A DNA stretch of 64,000 bases from Alphaproteobacteria bacterium. GTDB lineage: Bacteria > Pseudomonadota > Alphaproteobacteria > SHVP01. The DNA is taken from the NCBI GenBank assembly GCA_947473325.1, contig CANJEJ010000004.1, positions 4,060 through 68,059 on the forward strand, written 5' to 3'. The position numbers and the translations under genes were made by a program. Every line of letters starts with the position of its first letter. Within the stretch, counting starts at the first letter, position 1. Positions 36,998 through 46,815 of the stretch are shown one piece after another. The notes beneath the pieces were generated by a model that searched no databases, was not told the origin of the DNA, and worked only from the letters and a program-made list of their open reading frames with translations.

Positions 36998-38578
36998 TCA
37001 GTCGGCCAGCGACATCTCGTGGTAGTTCAGGTAGCGGTTGACGTTCTTGAAGTCGCGCAGCTTGTTGGAGATCGCATCCAGGTCCTGTGCCTCGTACAGG
37101 AACAGCGCGATCGCGTCGTCCCTCTGGATCTGGATGAGGTCGTGGATGAGCTGCTTGCGCTTGGCGACGTCGAATTCAGAGTTGATCTGCGTCACCAGCT
37201 TCTGCTCCTTCTCGACGCAACGGTAGACCTTGCCGCCCTTGTCACAGGTGTGGAACTGAATGGCGCCCATCGCGTCCATGGCCGGGGCGGAGTTCCAGCC
37301 GCTGATCCAGGCCGCGCCATCCCACGTCACATCGACGAACTTTTTCAGCCATTCCGGCAACTGGATGAGCTGCACCTTGGTGCGGATGCCGATCTTCTGC
37401 AGGTCGGCGCCCGCGCGCTGATGCCATTCCAGGTCGCCGGCCATATAGCCTTCGCGCACTTCGGCCAAGAGGTCGAAGCCATTGGGATAGCCCGCTTCGG
37501 CAAGCAGCGCCCTCGCCTTCACCGGATCATATGGATACGCCTTGACGTTCGGGTTGTGGCCGAAGGTGGGTGAGGCAACGCCCTGCCCCATACCCTGGCC
37601 ATAGCCCTGCAGCACTTCCTTCACCATGTCGTCACGGCTGATCGCCATGTTCATCGCCTGGCGCACGCGCGGGTCGGCCAGCGGCTTGATGTCGACGCCG
37701 GCTTTTGCGTTCATCTGGGTCAGCGCCCAGGTCAGCACCGTGGGCCCGGGCAGCGCGATGACCTTGCCGTTGGCCGCCTGCACTTCCTTGATGTTGTCGG
37801 GAGAGATGCCGATGATGACGTCGAGTTGGCCGGACGTGAACGCCTGGAAGCGGGCGGCACGCTCCGGCAGGTTGTTCACTTCAAGGCGCCGCACTTTCGG
37901 CGCACGGAACGACCCTTCGAAGGCGGTCATCTTCGCGGCATTTTCCTGCCAGGCGCCTTCCAGCTTGTAGGGCCCGGTCCCAACGGGGGCGTTGGCAAAG
38001 GCATCCACGCCGAGGTCAGCCCAGGCCTTTGGTGGCGTAACCAGCACGATGGAAATCTCGTTGGGCACGATCGGGTTCGGCGTCACCGTCTCGATCACCA
38101 CCGTCGTGTCGTCGACTGCCCGTGCGCTCTTGATGAACTTGGTGCGGCCGGCGACGACCGCTCCTTTGGCAAGTCCTTCCGGCGAGATCAGCCAGTTGAG
38201 CGTGGCGACGAGCGCGTTGGCGTTGAAGGCTTCGCCATTGGAGAACCTCACGTCAGAGCGCAGCTTGAATTCCCAGGTGCTGGGGCTCGTGTTCTTCCAC
38301 GACGAGGCGAGCGATGGAATCGGGTTGCCACCGCCATCCACCAGCGTCACGGGATCGAACATCGCATACCAGGTGAACATGCTGGGCGAGCCGAACAGCG
38401 TGTAGACATTGCCACGGCCCGGCGGCAGGCTGGCCACGCCGACGCGGATGGTTTTCTCCTGCGTGACGGCCTTGGCCTCGGGGCTCAGGGAGAAACCGGC
38501 CAGCAAGGCCGCGGCGCCAAACGCCAGCGTGCGCATCCCGGTGCGAACGGCATATCCAATGGGTTGATGCTCGGTCAT
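36998..38578 (-). CDS. ABC transporter substrate-binding protein, family 5
   Basis: The signal peptide reads MRTLAFGAAALLAGFSLSPEAKA. 526 aa. It is the first gene of the minus-strand operon. Confidence 0.8.
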   Translation of the reverse strand: MTEHQPIGYAVRTGMRTLAFGAAALLAGFSLSPEAKAVTQEKTIRVGVASLPPGRGNVYTLFGSPSMFTWYAMFDPVTLVDGGGNPIPSLASSWKNTSPSTWEFKLRSDVRFSNGEAFNANALVATLNWLISPEGLAKGAVVAGRTKFIKSARAVDDTTVVIETVTPNPIVPNEISIVLVTPPKAWADLGVDAFANAPVGTGPYKLEGAWQENAAKMTAFEGSFRAPKVRRLEVNNLPERAARFQAFTSGQLDVIIGISPDNIKEVQAANGKVIALPGPTVLTWALTQMNAKAGVDIKPLADPRVRQAMNMAISRDDMVKEVLQGYGQGMGQGVASPTFGHNPNVKAYPYDPVKARALLAEAGYPNGFDLLAEVREGYMAGDLEWHQRAGADLQKIGIRTKVQLIQLPEWLKKFVDVTWDGAAWISGWNSAPAMDAMGAIQFHTCDKGGKVYRCVEKEQKLVTQINSEFDVAKRKQLIHDLIQIQRDDAIALFLYEAQDLDAISNKLRDFKNVNRYLNYHEMSLAD

Positions 38579-38848
38579 GGCAACGCTCCCCTGTTCCCGT
38601 TGGTTTCGCCGCGCTCTGGGTCACGGTCACTTGCAGCTTAGCTGCAGACCACAACAGGAGAACCGAGGGGCAAGGGGCGGACAACCAACATCTGTTGAGG
38701 GGTAAATGCTAGTTTTTCTTTAGTCCGTCTTGCCAGACCAATTGTTCATACGAGCGGATGCCTGTTGATCGCGCGCCCACCGGGCGACGCACAACCGAGG
38801 CGCGTCCGGAACATCGAGTCCTTCCCGTGGCAGGAGGCTGGATGCGTG

Positions 38849-39283
38849 TCAGCGGGCTTCGGCTTTCAGGCCCGCCGCTTCGATGCCCGCGATGGCGCAG
38901 ACCTCGTCCTTGGGGGCTACGTCTCCCGCCACGCCGACAGCGCCCAGCAAACGACCCTCGGCATCGCGAATCAGCACGCCGCCGCCCGCGGGCATGAAAC
39001 GGCCCCCGGAAATCTGGCCGATGACGCTCATTACGCCAGGTCGTTCCATCAATCGTTCACCCGTCACCCCGGCCGGCCGCCGCATCGACACGCTGGCCCA
39101 GGCCTTGCCGATCGCCATATCGACATAGAGGAAACCCGCGTTGTCCTCGCGCTTCACCACAATGACGTGGCCGCCTGTGTCCACCACGGCGACTGCCTGA
39201 GGCTTGGTGCTGGTTTCCCGCGCCTTGGCAATTGCGGCATCGACAATGATGGTGGCACGGGCGAGGTCGAGGTCCAACGGCAT
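38849..39283 (-). CDS. GlcG/HbpS-like heme-binding protein (DUF336)
   Basis: 144 aa. AIAKARETSTKPQAVAVVDTGGHVIVVKREDNAG and the GG..I.D..G pattern are typical of the family. Confidence 0.65.
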   Translation of the reverse strand: MPLDLDLARATIIVDAAIAKARETSTKPQAVAVVDTGGHVIVVKREDNAGFLYVDMAIGKAWASVSMRRPAGVTGERLMERPGVMSVIGQISGGRFMPAGGGVLIRDAEGRLLGAVGVAGDVAPKDEVCAIAGIEAAGLKAEAR

Positions 39284-39286
39284 CTC

Positions 39287-40798
39287 CTATTCGGCGGCGA
39301 CTTTGGGGGCGCGCGCCCGGTCTTCCGCCACGACCTTGGCGGCTTCGGCCTCGATCGGCGTGCCCTTGAAGAAATTCGGGTTCATGCCGGTGTGCAGACG
39401 GACCGAGTTACGGAAGACGAAGTCCTTGTAGTCTTCGTCACTCATCTGGCCATGTTCGACGAATTCGTAGGATTCGGCCAGCGTCTCACGCGCCTCCTCG
39501 ACATCCCAGTGGCTGATGTCGGAACTGAAGATGGCGTTCAGTTTGGCGCCACGGCGGTTCACCTTGTCGGCGAAGGCCCAGGGCACCATGCGGTCATCGG
39601 CTTCGCAGCCGAAGAAGAAGTTGGGGATAAAGCGGTCGACAATGTCCTGTTTGCGCGTGATGCCGGAGAGGGCAAACTCCTCGAGATCCTCAGGCTTTTC
39701 CGGCCGCGACGTCCAGTAGTAGCCGTCCGTCGTGCGCAGCTGATCGAGCGCGCCCTGATGTGGCGCATCGCCGTATTTCGCCACCAGGTCGACCAGCAGC
39801 TTGCGGTCGATCGTTTCCGGCGCCAGATTCTCGCGCAGCGCGGTAGCGTTGCGTTTTTCCCAATGTTCGAACAGGTCGTTGTAGAGGCTACAGGCCCAGC
39901 CCACGCCGCCTTCCAGGAAGGCAACGCGCAAGCTCGGGAAGCGCTTCGTCACGCCGCCCATGAACATCGCCTTGCAGAAGGCCTCGCCAGCGGCGGCGAA
40001 ATGGCCAAGGTGATTGTAGACATAGCTCGAGATCGACGTGCGGTTCGGCCACCCCATGGTGCCCGAGTGGCAGGTCGGGGCGACACCAAGCTCGACGCAT
40101 TTGCGCCACAGCGGGTCGTAGTCATACTGGCTTTCGAATGCGAGCGGGTCGATCCAGTAGGCAAGCCCGCCGCGCGTGAGCGCCGCCGCCTTGCGGTCTT
40201 CCTCGGTGATCGGCCGGCGCACATTGCCTTCCATCACCATGCCCTTGAAGCCGAGCGTCTTGACGGCGAACTCAAGCTCTTCCACCGCCTCTTCCGGCGT
40301 GTAGACGGGAACCATCGCCGGCACGATCAACCGGTCCTTGTACGGACCATAGAGGTCGGCGTGCATCATGTTCATGGCGCGGCAGATACCGCGGCGCATC
40401 TCGGTGTTGTCGAGGCCGAGGAACAGCAGGCCCTGGCTCGGATACACGATCGACACGTCGACGCCGAATTCGTCGAGGCGCTCATACATCAGGCGTGGGA
40501 TCATGCCTGTCGCGCGGTCATGCGTGTTACGGGCGGGGATGAGGTAAAAGGGCGGCCGCTTCGTCGCGGTGCGGCGGCGCTGCTCCCAGCTCATGTCGTA
40601 CCAGCCCCAGGCCTTGCCGTCCTTCACCATGTCGACATAGCTATCAACCATGCCCTGGCCGCCGACACGCTTGATGTAGTCGATCAGGATGGGCTCGACC
40701 TCGATCAGGTGGCCGTCGCCATCGATCACGGGATGCCCAATTTTCGCCCTGACTTCTGCGGAAGGTGAGCGACCGCCGGTCTGCCTGCTGCGCGTCAT
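39287..40798 (-). CDS. amidohydrolase-family metal-dependent hydrolase
   Basis: 503 aa. IDGDGHLIE (HxH-equivalent) is near the N-terminus. A TIM-barrel hydrolase-like pattern is present. It lies 3 nt upstream of the glcG-like gene. Confidence 0.7.
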   Translation of the reverse strand: MTRSRQTGGRSPSAEVRAKIGHPVIDGDGHLIEVEPILIDYIKRVGGQGMVDSYVDMVKDGKAWGWYDMSWEQRRRTATKRPPFYLIPARNTHDRATGMIPRLMYERLDEFGVDVSIVYPSQGLLFLGLDNTEMRRGICRAMNMMHADLYGPYKDRLIVPAMVPVYTPEEAVEELEFAVKTLGFKGMVMEGNVRRPITEEDRKAAALTRGGLAYWIDPLAFESQYDYDPLWRKCVELGVAPTCHSGTMGWPNRTSISSYVYNHLGHFAAAGEAFCKAMFMGGVTKRFPSLRVAFLEGGVGWACSLYNDLFEHWEKRNATALRENLAPETIDRKLLVDLVAKYGDAPHQGALDQLRTTDGYYWTSRPEKPEDLEEFALSGITRKQDIVDRFIPNFFFGCEADDRMVPWAFADKVNRRGAKLNAIFSSDISHWDVEEARETLAESYEFVEHGQMSDEDYKDFVFRNSVRLHTGMNPNFFKGTPIEAEAAKVVAEDRARAPKVAAE

Positions 40799-40953
40799 TC
40801 GAGCATCCCCTTTGAAGGTGCGATCTTTTTGATCCTATGATCCGATCCGGCGCTCCTGCTGAGGCGCCTGTGTCGGTTCCGCACACGACTACTTGGACAG
40901 CACGCGTCGCACAAACGAGATTTGGTTTACGAATTTCATAGCGAGGCTAGGGG

Positions 40954-41874
40954 ATGCAGATAGGCCGCCGGATGCCACCGCTGAACGCCCTTCGTGCATT
41001 CGAGGCGGCAGGCCGCCATTTGAGCTTCACCAAGGCGGCCGACGAGCTCTGCGTAACCCCCGCGGCGATCAGCCAGCAGGTAAAGACCCTCGAGGGTTAT
41101 CTGGGCGTAAAGCTTCTGCGCCGCAAGGGCAGAGGTCTGGAGCTGACAGACAAGGGGCGCGCTTGTCTGCCTGAGGTGCATGAGGGATTTGACCGCCTTT
41201 CCGCAAGCATGGAACGACTGGCGCAACGCGATGCCGGCGAACTTCTGACTGTGAGCGTATCCCCCTGCTTTGGAAACATCTGGCTGGCGCCGCGACTGCC
41301 CCGCTTTCAGGCCATGTATCCCGATATCGACGTGCGCGTGCTCGCCATCATTCATCAGCTCGCCGCCGGCCGCGACAATTCCGACATCGCGATCCGATAC
41401 ATTCCAGGCCCCTTTCCTGCTTCAAAGGTGGAAGCCTTGATGCCGGAGCACGTGTTTCCGGTGTGCAGCCCCGAGCTCGCCGAGAGCAAGCCGCCTCTGC
41501 GAGTGCCGCACGATTTGCGCCACCACCGCTTGCTGCATGACGAGACGGCGCGCGCGATCGAAGGATTTCCGGATTGGCAGCGATGGCTGATGGCGGCGGG
41601 CGTGAAAGGCGTCGATTTGCAGCGCGGATCCCGCCTCACGCTCTCATCCATGGTCGTGCAGGCGGCGATCCGGGGCGAGGGCGTAGCCCTGGCGCGCAGC
41701 GTCCTGGTTGAAGACGATCTTGCCTCTGGCCGACTCGTGCGGCCATTCGCCTTCGACTACCCGCAATCGTTCAGCTACTACCTGGTGACCGCAGAGGCTG
41801 ACTATCAGCAGAAGAAAATTCGTGCTTTCTGGAGCTGGATATTGGACGAGGCGCGTGCCGCCTCGGGCATCTAG
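40954..41874 (+). CDS. LysR-family transcriptional regulator (GcvA-like)
   Basis: The N-terminal HTH reads LNALRAFEAAGRHLSFTKAADELCVTPAAISQQVKTLE. A C-terminal substrate-binding domain follows. Confidence 0.85.
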   Translation: MQIGRRMPPLNALRAFEAAGRHLSFTKAADELCVTPAAISQQVKTLEGYLGVKLLRRKGRGLELTDKGRACLPEVHEGFDRLSASMERLAQRDAGELLTVSVSPCFGNIWLAPRLPRFQAMYPDIDVRVLAIIHQLAAGRDNSDIAIRYIPGPFPASKVEALMPEHVFPVCSPELAESKPPLRVPHDLRHHRLLHDETARAIEGFPDWQRWLMAAGVKGVDLQRGSRLTLSSMVVQAAIRGEGVALARSVLVEDDLASGRLVRPFAFDYPQSFSYYLVTAEADYQQKKIRAFWSWILDEARAASGI

Positions 41875-42128
41875 GCCTCCCTTCGTCGTTTAGATTTTCT
41901 TCATTGTGCATGGCATGCGGCGTCTTCAGACTCCCCGCATCTTTTTGACAACCTGCGTGTTTTCAGTGAACTCGCAAGCCGGCTGAACGAACTTCTGCAA
42001 AACAGTCTGGGCCTGCGAGTTTGGGCATGTCGTGAAAATCTGAGATCTGTCCAGCCATGAAATGGTCCCTGGCGGCCATTCCTCGGCGCATGCACCGCTC
42101 GGCTCCAAACGATTTCTGGGAGGCAAGA

Positions 42129-43301
42129 ATGAAACAAATTTCTCGCGCAGCTGCCGTTGTGGCCGTGCTGTCGGGTTTTTCCTTTTCGACGAGCTTTGCG
42201 CAAGCTCCCTCGGGCGAACCAATCGTCATTGGCGTGCCAATTCCCATCAGCGGTGGCAGCGCCGAAGTTGGTGAACGGTCCCGCCGCGGCGCTATTCTTG
42301 CCATGGAAGAGATCAACGCCAAGGGTGGCATTCTTGGCCGCCCCCTCAAGCTCGACATTCAGGACGACAAGTGCGACCCAGCGCAGGGCGTCAGCGCCGT
42401 TCGCAAGCTCATGTCGCAGCCGGAGGTTGCCGTCCTGCTGGGCGGCGCCTGCTCGTCGGTCGTGCTCGCCGCCATGCCCATAATCAAGGGCAACATCGCC
42501 TTCCTGACTTCGCAGGCGAGTTCTCCGGCGATTTCCAAGCAAGCGGGCGTGGGCGGCAACGAATGGATGTTCCGCACCAACCCGCCGGACGACTTCGCCG
42601 CCGCGACGATCGTCGAAGTGATGATCAAGGATCACAAGAAGACCAAGGTCGTCATCACGGCCCAGAATGACGAGTTCGGCCGCGGCGCCGCCGAAGGCTT
42701 CAAGAACGCCGTCGAGCAGCAGGGCGGAACAGTCCTCGGCATCGAATACTTCCCCGTTGCCGGCCCGTACGACTTCTCCAGCATCATCACCAAGTTCAAG
42801 GCGCGCTCGCCGGAAGCCGTGATCTTCGCCGGTACGATCGAAAGCGGCGTGCCTATGGTCAAGGAAATGGGCACACAGTCGATGAAGCTGCCAATCTATG
42901 GCCGCGGCCTGCCACTCGTGGAGGCCACTTTCAAGGCGATCGGACCAACGTTGGCGGACGGCATCCATGGCGCCGACCAGTGGTATGCAGAGGTCTCTGA
43001 GCCTAAGAGCCGAGAGTTCGCCCAGAAATATGAAAAGCGCTGGGGCGAGGCGCCGCGCTTCAACTCCTTCGCCATGTATGAGGCGCTCGACGTCGCCAAA
43101 GCAGCCATCACGTCCGCTGGTTCTACCGACCGTGCCAAGATCCGCGATGCCATCGCCAAGACGACCTATGTGTCGCTGACCGGCGTGCCGATGAAGTTCG
43201 ACGCGAACAATCAGGCGCACAACAAGATCTATGTCGGCCGCGTCAACTGCAGCGGGGGCGATTGCAAGGTCACCGTGGTGGGCGACCGGATCCAGCCCTG
43301 A
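42129..43301 (+). CDS. Liv-type (branched-chain amino acid/amide family) ABC substrate-binding protein
   Basis: A GGGAGG SD precedes it. A signal peptide is present. IVIGVPIPISGGSAEVGE...LDIQDDKCDP is the type I periplasmic-binding-protein pattern. Confidence 0.85.
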   Translation: MKQISRAAAVVAVLSGFSFSTSFAQAPSGEPIVIGVPIPISGGSAEVGERSRRGAILAMEEINAKGGILGRPLKLDIQDDKCDPAQGVSAVRKLMSQPEVAVLLGGACSSVVLAAMPIIKGNIAFLTSQASSPAISKQAGVGGNEWMFRTNPPDDFAAATIVEVMIKDHKKTKVVITAQNDEFGRGAAEGFKNAVEQQGGTVLGIEYFPVAGPYDFSSIITKFKARSPEAVIFAGTIESGVPMVKEMGTQSMKLPIYGRGLPLVEATFKAIGPTLADGIHGADQWYAEVSEPKSREFAQKYEKRWGEAPRFNSFAMYEALDVAKAAITSAGSTDRAKIRDAIAKTTYVSLTGVPMKFDANNQAHNKIYVGRVNCSGGDCKVTVVGDRIQP

Positions 43302-43314
43302 GCGCCAATCCTGA

Positions 43315-43518
43315 GTGAGTAAGTCGATGTCGGATCCTCTGGTCGAATCGCTGCGCATGCTGGCGCGCCAACCGGGTATTTCCCCCCTTGGCGACGACCT
43401 GGAGCGCGCCGCGGCTCTCTATCGCCACTTTGATGGCGCCATCGTAGACCTTCGGAAGGAAGCACAGGCCGTGCTCGAAGCCGAAACGCACGATTCCTCA
43501 CGCACAACGAAGCCATGA
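43315..43518 (+). CDS. small protein (63-67 aa), AtzG/DUF4089-like partner of the downstream amidase
   Basis: GTG at 43315 or ATG at 43327. An ATGA overlap links it to the amidase start. Its size and position mirror the AtzG-AtzE arrangement. Confidence 0.4.
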   Translation: MSKSMSDPLVESLRMLARQPGISPLGDDLERAAALYRHFDGAIVDLRKEAQAVLEAETHDSSRTTKP

Positions 43519-44894
43519 CTTCGCCCTGTGACCTGACGGCCGCCGCGCTGCTGGCGGCCTATCGCGCACGACAGCTTTCGCCCGTGGACGTCGTGCGTGC
43601 CTGCCTCGACCGGGCTGCCGCGCAGGACAAGCGGCTGAACGCCGTGCTCTGCCGGGCCGGCGAGATGGCCCTGCAGATCGCGCAACGCGCCGAGACACGC
43701 TGGAAGGACGGCAGCGCCGGACTGCTCGAAGGCATTCCCTTCGGCCTGAAGGACGTCATCGAAACTGGCGACATGCCGACCACCTATGGCACCAAGGGCT
43801 TGGTAGGGCCGCGACGCGACGCCGAGGTTGTGCGCCGCCTGAAGGCTGCCGGTGCCATTCCGCTGTTCAAGCTGCAGACCAACGAAATCGCCTTCGGCGC
43901 CGTGCAGAACCCGCACAACGGATCGGTCGCCAACCCGTGGAACGCTGCGCGAATGGCGGGCGGTTCCTCCTCCGGGTCGGGTGCCGCCGTCGCCGCCGGC
44001 TATGTGCCCCTCGCCCTCGGCACCGACACCGGCGGATCCGTCCGTTCGCCGTCGGCCTATTGCGGCATCACCGGCCTGAAGCCGACCTCTGGCCTCCTGC
44101 CCGTAAGCGGCATCAGCGCGGTGGCGCCCAACCTCGACGCCGTCGGCCCGATGGCCCGCAGCGCGGAAGACATTGGCCTCGCCATGGCGGCGCTGACTGC
44201 TACCGGGTCGGCGTCTGGTTCTTCCGCGGCAATCATCAGAACCACAGACAGCCTGAAGGGTATTCGCATCGGCGTCGTGGAAGGCTGGGCCTTCGATGTG
44301 CTCGAACCTGACGTCGACCGCCTGTCGCGGGCAGCCATTCAGGATCTCGCCCGCCTGGGGGCGCAGGTGTCCCCCGCTGCTGACACCCGCCTCGATCTTG
44401 CCTGGCAGGCAGGCTGGATCATCATGATCGCCGAATCGAGCGGCGAGTATGTCGACCACCTGCGTCACGGCGCCGCCGTCGACCCGTCGCTGCGTGTGCG
44501 GCTGTGGTCGGGCACGCTGATCAGCAGCACCGACTATCTGGCCGCGCGGCGCGTGCAGGATCGCCTGGTTGCCGGATTGCCAAACGTGTTTGCGCAGCAC
44601 GACGTTTTGGTACTGCCGACCTCGGTCACGGCGGCGCCCGGCGTGGCAGCCACCGCCGTCAAGCTGAACGGCAAGGAATACCCACGCATCGACATCGCGA
44701 CCCGGCTGACGATCGGAGCCAACGTGCTCGGCGTGCCCGCGCTCACCCTGCCCTGCGGGTTCGACCGCGACGGCCTGCCCGTCGGGCTGCAGTTCCTTGG
44801 CCCCCGGAACGGGGAAGCGAAGGTCATCGCCGTTGCGCAGGCCTACCAGGCTGCGACAGACTTCCACCAGCTACGCCCCGCAGCACACGCCTGA
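43515..44894 (+). CDS. amidase-signature family amidase (GatA/AtzE-like)
   Basis: GGSSSGSGAAVAAG, LGTDTGGSVRSPSAYCG and the Ser-cisSer-Lys triad context are present. 459 aa. Confidence 0.85.
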   Translation: MTSPCDLTAAALLAAYRARQLSPVDVVRACLDRAAAQDKRLNAVLCRAGEMALQIAQRAETRWKDGSAGLLEGIPFGLKDVIETGDMPTTYGTKGLVGPRRDAEVVRRLKAAGAIPLFKLQTNEIAFGAVQNPHNGSVANPWNAARMAGGSSSGSGAAVAAGYVPLALGTDTGGSVRSPSAYCGITGLKPTSGLLPVSGISAVAPNLDAVGPMARSAEDIGLAMAALTATGSASGSSAAIIRTTDSLKGIRIGVVEGWAFDVLEPDVDRLSRAAIQDLARLGAQVSPAADTRLDLAWQAGWIIMIAESSGEYVDHLRHGAAVDPSLRVRLWSGTLISSTDYLAARRVQDRLVAGLPNVFAQHDVLVLPTSVTAAPGVAATAVKLNGKEYPRIDIATRLTIGANVLGVPALTLPCGFDRDGLPVGLQFLGPRNGEAKVIAVAQAYQAATDFHQLRPAAHA

Positions 44895-44956
44895 TGCGCT
44901 TTCCTCAATGACGGTCCGGACGCCCTGCCTGGGCGCGGGACAAGAATACGGACGGC

Positions 44957-45826
44957 ATGATTGAGTTCATCCAGCAGGTTCTGAACGGCGTCGGCCTTGG
45001 CGCGTCCTATGCGCTGCTCGCCGTCGGCCTCGCACTGCTTCTGGGCGTCGGCCGCGTAGGCAATTTCGCGCATGGTGACATTGCGATGCTCGGTGGCTAT
45101 GCCCTGCAGATCATCGTCGCAGCGGGCTTCGCCTATTATTACGCCAGCATTGCCGCCGTCGTAGTTGCCGCAATCATCAGCTGGATCGCCTATCACGTGG
45201 TGTTTCGCTACCTGGTGCTGAGCAGAAACACCAACGTTGTCTTTGTCGGGTCCATGGCGCTCAGCGTCGCGATCGAGAGCGCCGCTCTGCTGCTGCTCGA
45301 TGCCACGCCGCGGCAGGTGACAAGCCCGCTGGCGGGCTCGCCGCTGATCATGGGACCCTTCGTCATGAGTGGGCCGCGCTGGTTCTCGGTCGTGGTCGGT
45401 GGCGGTGTCGTCCTCGCGCTGGTCGCCTTCCTGCGCTACACCGATCTTGGCCGCAAGATCACGGCAGTGGGCGAGAACCGCGAAGCCGCCCAAGTGATCG
45501 GGATCAGCCCGGAACATGCGCTCGCCATGACCTTCGTGGTCGCAGGCCTGCTTGCCGGCGTGGCCGCCATCCTGCTGGTTCCCATCCTTGGCGTTTTCCC
45601 GGCCATGGGCATCCGCCTCATGCTGAAAGGCTTTGCCATCGTCATCATGGGCGGGATGAGTTCCATCCCCGGCGCCTTTGCGATGGCGATGCTGGTCGGC
45701 ATCAGCGAAAGCCTGGCAGTTGGCTATGTCGCCTCCGACCTCGGCGACGGCGCCGTCTTCCTGCTGCTGATCGTATTCCTGCTGCTTCGGCCGACCGGGC
45801 TTGCCCGCTTGACGGCCCAGTCATGA
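44957..45826 (+). CDS. Liv-type ABC permease (LivH-like)
   Basis: The product begins MIEFIQQVLNGVGLGASYALLAVGLAL. 289 aa with 8 TM helices. Confidence 0.85.
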   Translation: MIEFIQQVLNGVGLGASYALLAVGLALLLGVGRVGNFAHGDIAMLGGYALQIIVAAGFAYYYASIAAVVVAAIISWIAYHVVFRYLVLSRNTNVVFVGSMALSVAIESAALLLLDATPRQVTSPLAGSPLIMGPFVMSGPRWFSVVVGGGVVLALVAFLRYTDLGRKITAVGENREAAQVIGISPEHALAMTFVVAGLLAGVAAILLVPILGVFPAMGIRLMLKGFAIVIMGGMSSIPGAFAMAMLVGISESLAVGYVASDLGDGAVFLLLIVFLLLRPTGLARLTAQS

Positions 45827-46815
45827 CTGACCTCGCGTCGGGGCGCGCGGGCACGGTGCAACCCACCTCGCCCACTAAGTGGCCGGTGCGGCTGGCCGTC
45901 GCGGTCGCGGCTCTGGGCTTTCCCTTTGTCGTTGCCAACGACTACCAGCTTCACGTCGGCATCTTCGCGCTGTTCGTCGTCGGCATCGGCATTGCCTATG
46001 ACAGCTTTGTCGGCGCCACCGGCTACCGCTCCTTCGCCCATGCCGCCTTCCTGGCGGTTTCCGCCTACGCCACCGCCATCCTGTCGACTAACGGCATCGA
46101 TGTCGGGCTGGCCTGGCTGGCCGGCGTCGTCGCCAGTGCGGTGACGGCGCTGGCGATCGGCGCGGTCGTCTTACGCCGGGTGCGCGGCTTCGTTTTCAGC
46201 ATCGTGACGCTCGGCTTCGGTGTGATCGTCTATGTCGTCGCCAACGCCTGGGTGGAGGTGACGCGCGGGCCGCAGGGCATCTACCAGATCCCGTCGCTCA
46301 GCATCGGCACCTTCGGGCTCAACAGCCTGACGCGCTACTACTACGCGGTGCTGGTGCTGGCGATGCTCGTGCATATCGTCTCGCTGCTGTGGCTGCGTGG
46401 CGCGCGCGGCCGGCGCCTGCTCGCCATTCGCGAGAACGAAGACCTTGCCGAGGCCTGTGGCCTCAACGCCTATCTGGCCAAGCTCTCGGCCTTCGTCTTC
46501 AGCGCCGTTCTGATGGGCGTGATGGGTGGCTTCTATGCCCAGTACTACACGATCGTGACCCCCGATCTCGCCTGGCTGCAGTGGATCATGCTGCTGATGG
46601 CGATCGTCGTCATCGCCGGTCCCGGCCACCGCATCGGTGTGATCTGCGCCTCGCTCTTCCTGGTGATCGGACCGGAAATCCTGCGCGCGGGCCAGTCCTT
46701 CCGCGAGCTGCTGTCGGGCCTGCTCATGCTCATCACCGTGCTCGTCTCGCCGGAAGGCTGGACCCCCACCATCAAGCGTTACCTGGCGAGGCGCCGTGCT
46801 GCTGCACGCCGATAA
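45823..46815 (+). CDS. Liv-type ABC permease (LivM-like)
   Basis: An ATGA overlap links it to the LivH-like gene. 330 aa. Confidence 0.85.
   Translation: MTDLASGRAGTVQPTSPTKWPVRLAVAVAALGFPFVVANDYQLHVGIFALFVVGIGIAYDSFVGATGYRSFAHAAFLAVSAYATAILSTNGIDVGLAWLAGVVASAVTALAIGAVVLRRVRGFVFSIVTLGFGVIVYVVANAWVEVTRGPQGIYQIPSLSIGTFGLNSLTRYYYAVLVLAMLVHIVSLLWLRGARGRRLLAIRENEDLAEACGLNAYLAKLSAFVFSAVLMGVMGGFYAQYYTIVTPDLAWLQWIMLLMAIVVIAGPGHRIGVICASLFLVIGPEILRAGQSFRELLSGLLMLITVLVSPEGWTPTIKRYLARRRAAARR

Noticed and set aside
38765-40768. 667-aa plus-strand ORF
   Set aside because: It is the antisense of the glcG-like and amidohydrolase genes. It has no domain-like sequence and an Arg/Ala/Gly-biased composition typical of GC-rich shadows.
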